A stretch of 64,000 bases of DNA from NCBI GenBank assembly GCA_963809485.1, contig CAWEJX010000020.1:960001-1024000 (forward strand), in the 5' to 3' direction. Made by a program: the position numbers and the translations under genes. Position 1 is the stretch's first letter; every line of letters begins with the position of its first letter. Origin of the DNA: an uncultured Acidobacteriota bacterium (lineage in GTDB: Bacteria; Acidobacteriota; UBA6911). A model generated the notes under the pieces. That model searched no databases and was not told where the DNA came from. It saw nothing but the letters and a program-made list of their open reading frames with translations. Below are positions 20,601-28,751 of this stretch, piece after piece.

Positions 20601-20966
20601 GGCTCTTTCGACCTGGTTCCGGCTGACACGTATCTGCCGCAATTCGCTTACACTTTCCAGGCGGCCACGGTCTCCAATATAGGCCAGGATGCTGCGGGCG
20701 GCCAAACCGCGATCCTGCGGATCCTCCAAAAAAAGAAGCGCCGCCTGAAGATCGGCAGAAGACTGGAGGTTGTTCAGGTCCAAAAGCTTTCCGCCCGGAG
20801 CTGAAGGCGCCGCCGTTTCGGCTTGACGGGATTGCGCCAGGAGAACTAATCCGATTCCCAGCACCAGCGCGGTCGAAACCAGCGCCAGCAGAAGAAATTC
20901 CGGCCTTCTGCCCGAGAAAGATCCTGGTTTGACGCGATCGGCAGCCGAACTTCGGGTTATAGCCAT
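17622..20966 (-). CDS. SEDS glycosyltransferase (FtsW/RodA) fused to a class B PBP transpeptidase
   Basis: SEDS motifs FQPVEFIK, EKDLGPAL, PAAHTD, EELGF, PFINYG; PBP motifs RGTIYDRNG, PGSSFK (SxxK), SCN (SxN), KTGT; one uninterrupted 1114-aa ORF. Confidence 0.93.
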   Translation of the reverse strand: MAITRSSAADRVKPGSFSGRRPEFLLLALVSTALVLGIGLVLLAQSRQAETAAPSAPGGKLLDLNNLQSSADLQAALLFLEDPQDRGLAARSILAYIGDRGRLESVSELRQIRVSRNQVERASGLSLYKELLKRPREEGDTFPLLTPGQMRQLRPFLCVRTTGRFHNLVLVYGTVYFLGFYALHVAWRFRRLGGDPLLLPAVHLLSGFGFLMMIRLRDPLRDALLFPDFAIGVGMGCILAFLASIPDYERSPLRRLAYVPLVLSFLLSIVLILFGSGPGVSDARINLQIGPVQFQPVEFIKLLLIFFLAGFFADRWEFLRQLRQAPRTLPGFLRGMDIPMLRYTVPLILAVALAVAFFFLEKDLGPALVMSLLFIILYAAARSRLTGALVAFAAVVSAVWIGYALKVPQTVYARLSMWLSPWDNYVRTGGDHLAQSLWSFSAGGLWGSGLGLGEPASVPAAHTDLVLAAVGEELGFIGLICVLLAYAVLVHRALRISACSRGAYSLFLGISAALLIGLQAAFISAGILGVAPLSGVVTPFINYGKSSTICSFVLLGILASLSRYAAGSECQAPFRKQIYWIGGFLAALGILISAQAARVQVFNADRFLGRAALVVQGDGHRRYTHNPRIFEVMRRIPRGTIYDRNGIPLATDSEPLLRSFRAQYSMMDIDLEQTTKSGAGRYYPFGSLAFHLLGDLPSRMNWGAPNTSYVERDWNVVLQGYDDRAILVKVRDRPGGPEYATMRRDLSILAPLVRYRYRPDKKAVRQILERNRDMRLSVDIRLQSRTAAILRKHILAAGMSAGAAVVIDPETGDLLASVSYPWEGVFSPDRDWAESDPAAGGLAANRSLLDRARYGLYPPGSSFKLVTSMAAMASRPDAVTSTFECKRLRDGRVGNYVRGWGKPIRDDILDKEPHGHVDMARGLIVSCNAYFAQLGTFVAGADALLRAADFFGIRVASPNTAEQLKDALPQASYGQGQVVASPLQMARVAGAIANQGMVVPWRIVPAEAMPASKACLPADQAAIIAGFMRRVVTEGTGRSAGVSGTPVAGKTGTAELRNRPAHAWFIGFAPYGSNVRRIAFAVLIENGRYGGRAAAPAAAEIVDAAAELGLIGGE

Positions 20967-21115
20967 GCCTTTTTCTCACGGGTGCGGCATCGCGCACTCC
21001 AAAATGAACCTGATTGACGACGGCCGGATTCCCGGAGATTCCGCGCCTCAGCGTGACACGCTTTTTCCCTTTGCAGCATTGAGCTTTTCAATACCTTTTC
21101 CGCAAATGGGCTCCG

Positions 21116-22981
21116 CTATTTGATCCAGTTCCAGGGCAAAAGAGGATTGGGCGGATCCACTTCTTTTCTCCGCTGTTCCACTTTGGCCAGCGAATCCTGA
21201 ACACTCAGGATCTGCGTCGTGCTGTTCCCCCACGGAGCTATCTGCATATAGGCTTTGAGCGCGTCGTTGAAATCATCGCGTGCCATTTTCAAGAACTCCT
21301 TCTCCTGGTCCGTATCGCGAACCTTGTTCGCGTTGTCCCAGTCCTGCAGCCCTCGATTTCTATGGGCCTCTCCCAACATCGCGTATTCTCTCTTGCCGAA
21401 GCTATGCCCCAATTGCTGCGCACGCTCCAGGGCCTGCGTGCCGCGGTCCATGTCGCTCAGATAATAAATATAAGTCCGCGCCAGGCCCAGATAGGGGTCC
21501 GGCCATCCGGGCTGGAACGATGCCGCCCGCTGGAAAGCCGCGACCGCATCCATGCCTTTGCGGTTGATCCGCAGGATATGGCCATCGGCATATTCATACA
21601 TTGCCGCCGATCTCCGGTTGGCCGGATCGAGTTGCATCGCGCGCGACATGCTGCGTTTGCACCGCATCCAGTCCCCTTCCCGGACTCTGGGCGTATCGCT
21701 GTTGCGATATTCGCTGCAGGCGCGGTCGCAGGATTCCTGCAAAAGGTTCAGGAGCGGCTCGCGCAAGACCAGTGTTCCGCTGCCAAGCGGGCTGGAACGG
21801 CGGATCTGTTCGTACCGCTCCCAGGCTTCATCCCCGTCCAGCTTTTCCGCCACAAAATCCGGTCTAAGCCGGATCGCGGAACGGACTTCGATCATTTCCC
21901 ATATCCCAAGGCCGGCCAGCAAGGCCAGTACCGCTACCAGTATCAAAACTTCCCGTCGGGATAATAAATGCCGCAATTTACCGTAAAGCGGCCGCGCCCG
22001 CTTCCCGGCGACCGATGCGGGTTCCGCCTTTTGCGCCGGATTTTCTCCGGCCGTGCGTCGCGTTTCTTCGGCATCCGCGAATTGGGTCCTGCGCGTCTCC
22101 TCATTTTCCCGGGCCGCAGCGGTGGGATTGCCCGACAGCCATGCATCAAGATCGCTTTTGAAATCCGAGGCATTCGGGTACCGGCTTTCGGGATTGGCCG
22201 CCAGTGCTTTACAGATGATCTGCCTCAGGATTTCCGGGCATCGCTCGCCGGGAGGCCGCAGAGTGCCTCGTGTCCGTATGATTGTTTCCAGCCGTTCCGT
22301 GCTGCCGGCCTCGAATGGAAGCCTTCCTTCTATCATTTCATACAACACGATCCCCACCGACCAGAGATCCGACCTCTCGTCGATGCGCCCCGTTTCGAGC
22401 CTTTCCGGCGACGAATACGCGACACTGCCGAACACGTTGCTCGTCAGCTTGCGCGTAATCGACAGGCCCTTGGCTATGCCGAAATCGAGCACGCGCACCT
22501 GCCCCGTAGTATCGATCCGGATGTTCCTGGGTTTGATGTCTCCGTGCACGATGGCGCGGATTTCGCGGCCCTCGACCTGGAGCGTCATTCCGTGCGCATG
22601 GGTCAGGATGTCGCAAAGCTCCACCGCAATTCTGGCAGCAAGCTCCGGCTCGATATTTCCGGCGCTGATCAGCGCGGACAGGTCATTCCCCTCGATGAAA
22701 TCCATCTCGATGAAGAAATATCCGTCGAGATCGCCAAAGGCATGAATACGCGGTACGCGGGGGTCTTTGAGGCTGACCTGACGCTGCAGTTCCGCGCCCA
22801 GACGCTCAGCGTCCAGGATTTCCCTGGCTTCAGGTCCATCTCCACGTTCGACAAGCTTGAGCGCGACGCGCAGGTTGCTTTTCCGGTCCAGCGCCAGGTA
22901 GACATCCGCCATGCCGCCGCGTCCCAGCTTTTCGAGAATCTGATAATCGCCAATATCCTGCAGGACGCTTCTCATAACCAT
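21116..22981 (-). CDS. Hanks-type Ser/Thr kinase with TM helix and C-terminal TPR-like region
   Basis: LGRGGMADVY, VALK, HGDIKPRN, DFGIAK, YSSPE; TM VLILVAVLALLAGLGIW. The ORF-track start lies inside the miniature element, so ATG 22981 is preferred. Confidence 0.92.
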   Translation of the reverse strand: MVMRSVLQDIGDYQILEKLGRGGMADVYLALDRKSNLRVALKLVERGDGPEAREILDAERLGAELQRQVSLKDPRVPRIHAFGDLDGYFFIEMDFIEGNDLSALISAGNIEPELAARIAVELCDILTHAHGMTLQVEGREIRAIVHGDIKPRNIRIDTTGQVRVLDFGIAKGLSITRKLTSNVFGSVAYSSPERLETGRIDERSDLWSVGIVLYEMIEGRLPFEAGSTERLETIIRTRGTLRPPGERCPEILRQIICKALAANPESRYPNASDFKSDLDAWLSGNPTAAARENEETRRTQFADAEETRRTAGENPAQKAEPASVAGKRARPLYGKLRHLLSRREVLILVAVLALLAGLGIWEMIEVRSAIRLRPDFVAEKLDGDEAWERYEQIRRSSPLGSGTLVLREPLLNLLQESCDRACSEYRNSDTPRVREGDWMRCKRSMSRAMQLDPANRRSAAMYEYADGHILRINRKGMDAVAAFQRAASFQPGWPDPYLGLARTYIYYLSDMDRGTQALERAQQLGHSFGKREYAMLGEAHRNRGLQDWDNANKVRDTDQEKEFLKMARDDFNDALKAYMQIAPWGNSTTQILSVQDSLAKVEQRRKEVDPPNPLLPWNWIK

Positions 22982-22985
22982 GGAA

Positions 22986-23386
22986 TCAGGTACCTCCGGC
23001 AAAGCCGGAGGCTTGAAAGATTTGAACCGCTCAAAGCGGTTGGAGGAGTTACGCCGGTCTTGAACGCTGACTTACGCGGGCAAAAGCCGATGAGGCGCTT
23101 CCGATCCCCGCAGGGGCCAGCGCTCCGCGCTGGACAGTTTTCTGCGGCGGCACTGTGGCAAGCGCCGTGCGGCAAGGAGATGAAGGGTTTGAGAAACCGG
23201 GCGTTTGTCACAGTGCCGCCGCAGAAAACTCCATCGGAAGCGCCTCATCGGCTTTTGCTCGCCGACCCTCGCCGAACAAATCGGCGTTTGTCAGCGCTTT
23301 TATCAGCGTTTCTCAGCGTTTCAAAATACGGAGCTGTCAAACTCTTTGAGTCCCCCGGCAGAGCCGGGGGTTTACCAATGTAATTA
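22986..23386 (-). mobile_element. IS200/IS605-derived miniature element, copy 3 (long, with internal nested hairpin)
   Basis: Both end hairpins are perfect (CCTCCGGCAAAGCCGGAGG; CCCCCGGCAGAGCCGGGGG); internal 26-bp and 22-bp inverted repeats. Confidence 0.88.
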
Positions 23387-23440
23387 CGGGAAGACCACTC
23401 AGCTCCGATGCTGCCTTTGCCGGAACGCATTCCGCAAAGA

Positions 23441-25111
23441 TCATTGCCGCACATTCTCCACAACAACGGCTCTGGCGTTTCTGCCCGGGCCGATGAACAG
23501 GTTATCCGTCATCTTTTCCTTAAGCTCCGGCCGCTGCAGCCGGATCGCTTCCGCGCCGTTGCCGGAAAAAACATTTCGTTTCACTTCGGGATTCGACTGG
23601 CCTGTCAAATAGAGTCCGGGGCTTTTCTGCCCCCGCTTTGTGCCATTCGCGTGCACCACATTCCCAATCAGGAAGGGACTCGCAGTGTCGCTTATGATGA
23701 TGCCCGGACCCGAGTTGGCATGCACGAAGGTGGCCGCAATGATACCGGCAGAGTTGCCGTCAATCAGGATGCCGGCGCGCGCTGCTCCCGAAATCTCCAT
23801 GTTGGAGAGATTCACCTTCGAGTTCGAAATACGTATCCCGTAAGGGAGAGCGGAGCCGGCCTCGGCTTTGATTGCCAGTCCCGAGACACTGGCCTGGCCG
23901 ATTGCGTCAGCCGCAATCGCGGCATCCATGCCGGGAAGCGCTTTCACCAGGCGCAGGACCGCTTTACCCGGAGAGCGCGCGGCGATATCGACGCCGTCCT
24001 TCAGATGGATCAATTCCTCATACTCTCCGTCGCCGACTTCGATGCGATCGCCGCTTCGCGCGGCCTCCATCGCCCGGGTAATGGTCGGGAATTCCGGACT
24101 GGCAGGTTCAACTTTCAGCACTCTGGGCATTTGAACAGCAGGGACAGGCTCCGGCTCATTGGCAGCCGGCGCACGGTAGCGATGCCACCCGGCTGCCAGG
24201 ACCAGGCCTGCCAACAAGCCCAGGAACAGGAAAGCCCAACGTCCCTGCAGATATGAAGCCCGTGAATCGCCGGACACGAGCTTTTGCTTACCCGGCGCCC
24301 CGCCGGCCCCTTCCGTTTCTCCAGGATATCCGGGACAGGCCGCAGCGAAATTCCCGGCTTCGACCACAATGACAGAAATATTGTCCTTCCCGCCTGCGGC
24401 ATTCGCCTGCCGGATCAACTGCCGGACGCTGTCCTCCGGCCGGCCCGCATTTCGGGTCACCGCGCGAAGTATTTCGTCGGACGCGATCATGTCGCTGAGA
24501 CCGTCCGAGCACAGGACAAGCGCAGCGTCGTTCTCGAATGGTATTTGTGTGTAGTCAATGAAATCGTCATCCTCGGGCTTATGCAACCGGGAGCCGACGT
24601 CGCGAAACACCTCGTTGCGTCTGGGATGGCTTTGAGCCTCCAGTTCAGAAAGCTCACCTGCATCTTCCCGCTGTCCCACCGGTGAATGGTCCGATGTGAC
24701 TTTGAGGATTTGCCCGTTGAGAATCTTATAGAGCCTTGAGTCGCCTACATGCCCGATGTGCAGAATCCCGTCCTCGAGAACGGCGGCTGTAAGAACACAG
24801 GCCATCCCACGCCACGTCGGATTTCGTTCAGCAAGGTGGAAAATATCATTGTTCGCTGCGGCAATTGCCTCTCTGAGCCTGCGGGCGACGGTTCCGGTCT
24901 CCTGGTGCAGCCGGGTCTTTATCGCATCGATCGCCCGCTGGGCGGCGACCTCGCCTGCAGCTTCGCCTCCCATTCCGTCGGCGACGACGAATATGCCCCG
25001 CTCTGCTTCGCAGAGAATCCGGTCTTCGTTATTGTCCCGTTTCCTGCCAGGATCTGTTCCGCCAAAAGCTTTCCAGCCTGGAGAGGGATCCGAATTTTTC
25101 ACCTGGGTCAT
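23441..25111 (-). CDS. PP2C/PPM Ser/Thr phosphatase with TM helix and right-handed beta-helix domain
   Basis: GRKRDNNED, VADGMGG, HVGDSRLY, LCSDGLSD, GGKDNIS; TM WAFLFLGLLAGLVLAAGW; then FPTITRAM...GDRIEVGDGEY and PbH1-like repeats. Confidence 0.92.
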   Translation of the reverse strand: MTQVKNSDPSPGWKAFGGTDPGRKRDNNEDRILCEAERGIFVVADGMGGEAAGEVAAQRAIDAIKTRLHQETGTVARRLREAIAAANNDIFHLAERNPTWRGMACVLTAAVLEDGILHIGHVGDSRLYKILNGQILKVTSDHSPVGQREDAGELSELEAQSHPRRNEVFRDVGSRLHKPEDDDFIDYTQIPFENDAALVLCSDGLSDMIASDEILRAVTRNAGRPEDSVRQLIRQANAAGGKDNISVIVVEAGNFAAACPGYPGETEGAGGAPGKQKLVSGDSRASYLQGRWAFLFLGLLAGLVLAAGWHRYRAPAANEPEPVPAVQMPRVLKVEPASPEFPTITRAMEAARSGDRIEVGDGEYEELIHLKDGVDIAARSPGKAVLRLVKALPGMDAAIAADAIGQASVSGLAIKAEAGSALPYGIRISNSKVNLSNMEISGAARAGILIDGNSAGIIAATFVHANSGPGIIISDTASPFLIGNVVHANGTKRGQKSPGLYLTGQSNPEVKRNVFSGNGAEAIRLQRPELKEKMTDNLFIGPGRNARAVVVENVRQ

Positions 25112-25209
25112 CTCGAACGGATAGTTTTGACGTGAACGTAAATCAGGACAGCCAGAGCCACGGCCATCACAAACAGGAATCCATACCGCATCAAGTAAAG
25201 GAAACTCAT
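25108..25209 (-). CDS. 33-aa single-TM peptide (FhaB N-terminal anchor-like)
   Basis: MSFLYLMRYGFLFVMAVALAVLIYVHVKTIRSR; ATGA overlaps with both the upstream FHA stop and the downstream PP2C start; shorter than any ORF in the track. Confidence 0.72.
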   Translation of the reverse strand: MSFLYLMRYGFLFVMAVALAVLIYVHVKTIRSR

Positions 25210-26000
25210 AGCTGTCGGAATTCCAGCGTCACCCGGTCAGCCAGCGATATCTTAGCCTGAGAGGGCAGGCGCACCCATTCCTTCGGGCTGAGCTTCTTGT
25301 CGTTGACCAAAGTGCCGAACTTGCTGACGTCCTGTATAAAGAAGTCTCGCGTTGCCGGATCCTGCCGCAGGTAAAAGTGCTTGCGGGAGATATCTGCCGG
25401 TCCTTCGAGCTCTAGATCGCAAAATTCGTTTCGACCGCCCCGTCCCACGGAAATTTCCGTGCCGGTCATCAGATATTCCCGATCCTCGCCATCCTTGTCC
25501 TTATAGGAAAGCGAGGCAAGCGCAGGAGCGTCCTCTCTTCTCGCCTCTTCCTGATACCTCCTGAGCTTCCTCGTCTCTCCCCCGGAGCGGATGGTTTCAG
25601 ATCGCTGCGTTTTGGAGCCGGCGCCGTATGCCACTGGAGCCGGCAGTCTGAGCCTCGAATCGATTAAGATGTCCCCCGGAGACAATTCATCGTTTTCATC
25701 GATGTGGAAAACCACCAACCAGTCCTTCTCGGCGGGCTCATACCTGGAGGTTTTCGGCTTGATCCCCAGCATTGAGGGCAGTCCTTTTTTATTCAATGCG
25801 GCCAATTCATCCGTCAAAGCCTGGATGCTCTCGTCCCTGATCCGGGGTAAAATGGCCGAAAGTCGTTCATAATCCTCGCGATGCAGGTAAACGTCATAGC
25901 GGCTGGGGACCAGGGTGCTGTAAAGCAGCGGTTCGACCGACTCGCGCAGGTTGTCTAAAATGGCGAGAATAACATCTCTTCCTGTGGCTTTGGTATCCAT
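25206..26000 (-). CDS. FHA-domain protein (FhaA-like, DUF3662-type N-domain)
   Basis: LVPSRYDVYLHREDYERL N-domain; FHA motifs ISVGRGG...ISRKHF...SKFGTLVN. Confidence 0.87.
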   Translation of the reverse strand: MDTKATGRDVILAILDNLRESVEPLLYSTLVPSRYDVYLHREDYERLSAILPRIRDESIQALTDELAALNKKGLPSMLGIKPKTSRYEPAEKDWLVVFHIDENDELSPGDILIDSRLRLPAPVAYGAGSKTQRSETIRSGGETRKLRRYQEEARREDAPALASLSYKDKDGEDREYLMTGTEISVGRGGRNEFCDLELEGPADISRKHFYLRQDPATRDFFIQDVSKFGTLVNDKKLSPKEWVRLPSQAKISLADRVTLEFRQL

Positions 26001-26063
26001 CTGGGAATCCCGAATAGAGTTTATCATTTTTTGGCTTGAGCGGCTTTGAAGAAACCGGATGTC

Positions 26064-26504
26064 TCATTCATCCGGAATCCTGTTGCGGCGAAGCTTCTTC
26101 AGGTCGGAGCGGCGCTTCTTGTCCTTCAGCCGCCGGACTTTGGAAGCGCCGGTCGGCCGCGACCTGCGCCGGATTGCGGGGGGGATGCTTGCCCTTTCTA
26201 TCAGCTGCATCAGCCGCTGCACGGCATCTTCCCGGTTGCGCTGCTGCGTGCGGAACCTCCTGGCTTCAATCAGAATCTCACCCGAAGAAGTTGCACGGTT
26301 TCCCGCCAGGCGAAGAAGACGCTCGCGGATTTCCGGCGTTATCGACCTGGAATTTCGTGCATCAAAGCGAAGCTGGACGGCCGTAGCGACTTTATTGACG
26401 TTCTGGCCCCCCGGGCCGGAGGCGCGTATGAAATCGAGGTGGATGTCACCCGGGTCAATTTCAATCCGGTCCGCATTCATGTTTTTTTGATGGTCGGCGT
26501 TCAC
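26064..26504 (-). CDS. arfB: Alternative ribosome rescue peptidyl-tRNA hydrolase ArfB
   Basis: RASGPGGQNVNKVATAV, RTQQRNR, basic C-terminal tail; the start may be 26480. Confidence 0.93.
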   Translation of the reverse strand: MNADHQKNMNADRIEIDPGDIHLDFIRASGPGGQNVNKVATAVQLRFDARNSRSITPEIRERLLRLAGNRATSSGEILIEARRFRTQQRNREDAVQRLMQLIERASIPPAIRRRSRPTGASKVRRLKDKKRRSDLKKLRRNRIPDE

Positions 26505-26593
26505 GAGGTTTTGTCGGCCTATATCGCGTTATCCAAATCGGGAGCTTTTCAGTCGCCTGCGTCCCGTCGTCAGGGCAAAGCCCTGGCAATGAA

Positions 26594-27577
26594 TCAGGAA
26601 TTGGGCTTTTTGCGTGGCTTTTCAATCAAAACCGGCTCGCCTTTCGCCGGCTCTGACAGCAAGGCCGGCGGATTCGGCGGCGCAGAGGGATTCACGCCAA
26701 AGTCCCATACATACTGGTTCAAGGAGCCCTTTTCGTCCAGTTCGACCAGGGCATATTCGCCTGTCTGCAAAGGAGCTGCAGGAGTGACCTTCGCCCAGTA
26801 TTCCGAGACCGGTTCGACCTTCGCCTCAACATAGTTGGCCTTCTGCTTGACCTTGCCGTAAATTGCGATGCTGATGGTGGCCACGATGCGATTGCCCTTT
26901 TTGTTTTCGCAGCGGACAATCCGCAGATGGTTTTTTGCCGCTTCACTGGTGTACCCCATCTGGGGATCACCGGGATCGACGGCAAAATACACCGAGGGCA
27001 TCCGCACATGAGATTGAATACGAGAATTCAGTCCTTTAAGTTCCACGGTCTGTTTGGAGCCGGCTATCGGATTGATCACTCCCCGCAGGATGTTGCTTCC
27101 GGTATTTTTGTTTATATCCGCCCCATTCTGCGCCAGCCGGTTCAGCGCGGGCTGATTTTCATATTCGTCAAGCAGATAAACCCACTCGGGGGCGGGCAGC
27201 CGCACACCGGGAGCAACCAGCGGATACCGCGCCTCATCGTCTCGCCGTTCCGCAGCCACCCGTTCCAGCGCGTCGCTTTTGCGGGCGGATTCGGAAAGCG
27301 ACGCCTGGGTGGCATATGCCTGAGTCGCCGGCCAGTCGATCATGGAATTCGGCAATTCCTCCCAGGCATGGCGCTCGGAGCTGAAGTAGCGCACCCGGTC
27401 GCCTGCAACTTCATACCGGCTGATCGGCTCGTACGATCCATCCTTCAAAATCAGTCGCCTGATATCGCCCGAAGGATCCTCGACGGCTTTCGTCTGGCCG
27501 GAAGAAGCGTAAAATAGCGAAGGGATCCCGCACAAAAGCAGAATCAGGATTACCCATGGGATTCTGAAGAACCTCAT
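26594..27577 (-). CDS. Secreted hypothetical protein
   Basis: Signal peptide MRFFRIPWVILILLL; RLILKDGSY; C-terminal PLQTGEYALV...VWDFGV. Confidence 0.75.
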   Translation of the reverse strand: MRFFRIPWVILILLLCGIPSLFYASSGQTKAVEDPSGDIRRLILKDGSYEPISRYEVAGDRVRYFSSERHAWEELPNSMIDWPATQAYATQASLSESARKSDALERVAAERRDDEARYPLVAPGVRLPAPEWVYLLDEYENQPALNRLAQNGADINKNTGSNILRGVINPIAGSKQTVELKGLNSRIQSHVRMPSVYFAVDPGDPQMGYTSEAAKNHLRIVRCENKKGNRIVATISIAIYGKVKQKANYVEAKVEPVSEYWAKVTPAAPLQTGEYALVELDEKGSLNQYVWDFGVNPSAPPNPPALLSEPAKGEPVLIEKPRKKPNS

Positions 27578-27743
27578 AGAATTTGCCTTTTCCAGTAAGC
27601 GCACCGGAACCACCCGCACCCCTTAAGATAATCTTGATCCCTGAGAGTTTCAATCCGCCGGCAGGAAAAGCATCGAGGACGCCATCGTTTCTCTGCAGTC
27701 CGCTTATTGCCGAATAGCAGGTGCTCAATTAAGTGCAGATCAG

Positions 27744-27975
27744 TCAGGTACTTCCGGCAAAGCCGGAGGCAAGATTTGAACCGCTCAAAGCGGTTGGACT
27801 AGTTACGCCGGTCTTGAACGCTGACTTACGCGGGCAAAAGCCGATGAGGCGCTTCCGACCCTCGCCGAACAAATCGTTTGTCAGCGCTTTTGTCAGCGTA
27901 TCTCAACGTTTCAAAATACGGAGCTGTCAAACTCTATGAGTCCCCGGCAGAGCCGACGTACCCCCTAATGGATTA
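27744..27975 (-). mobile_element. IS200/IS605-derived miniature element, copy 4 (short)
   Basis: Near-identical to copies 1 and 2. Confidence 0.85.
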
Positions 27976-28125
27976 GCAGTGGAGATACGCCCTCCTTTTC
28001 GTTTGCGGGGATTGGGCATAGGTTGAAGAAAAGCATTAAAGTAATAATAATAGGCACCTGCCGCTTTGGAATCGGTTCGTGGCGCCGGATCCTTCGCGCA
28101 AGGATGCCCGGAAAGTGAGGTTCCA

Positions 28126-28395
28126 ATGTTTGTGGGTTTTGCAGTCCGCGTTGTCGATGCAGACGGAAACGGCGTTGAAGGGGCAGAGGTCAGAGCGGAT
28201 TTCCCCTATGCGACCGAAAGCAACTGCACCGACAAGGACGGTTGGGTGAAATTTGAAAGAAATCACGCTTTCGGCGATGCCATTCGCACAACCATTTATG
28301 TGGATGGCGAAATGAAAGCCGAAAACATCTGGATCGAGAACGAAAATACCTACTCGTTCGTAATTCAAAAGCCTCTTGCTTTGCGGGAGGCTTGA
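28126..28395 (+). CDS. Small hypothetical protein (carboxypeptidase-regulatory/transthyretin-like fold possible)
   Basis: RBS GAGG before the ATG; VRVVDADGNGVEGAEV...TDKDGWVKF. Confidence 0.6.
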   Translation: MFVGFAVRVVDADGNGVEGAEVRADFPYATESNCTDKDGWVKFERNHAFGDAIRTTIYVDGEMKAENIWIENENTYSFVIQKPLALREA

Positions 28396-28751
28396 ATGCC
28401 GGCGGCTCAAAACCTTTGGATGCGCACATCCGGCTGCTGTGCGCTGAATTCTCAATCAGGCTGCCCGGCAAGCGTCACGACAATGTTCCGAGGTTCCTGG
28501 CCTCGATAAAACTCAATTGCATTCCGGTCGCCAGGAGCGTGTTTGGCCAAAACCGGCAACAGCTTGGAACCCTTGTGTCATTTTGCGCCATACCGATGCC
28601 TATGAGGAGCCATTCGAAGACCGGTGAAGCTAAAAAGCGGAGGCACGCAAAAAACTGAACAGATTCGCGGCGTTTTTATCGTTTTTCCCTCATTTGCGCG
28701 GTAGAATCCTCATGCGGTTTCCACAATCTAAGTTTGGGTGACGTCACGATT

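Noticed and set aside
21968-23383. 471-aa plus-strand ORF and other ORFs sharing the FEPLKAVG...SAFQNTELSNS text
   Set aside because: They are translations of the repeated miniature element or antisense to the kinase, not a protein family.
26480-26504. Duplicated MNAD at the ArfB N-terminus
   Set aside because: A short local duplication that only makes the start codon ambiguous.
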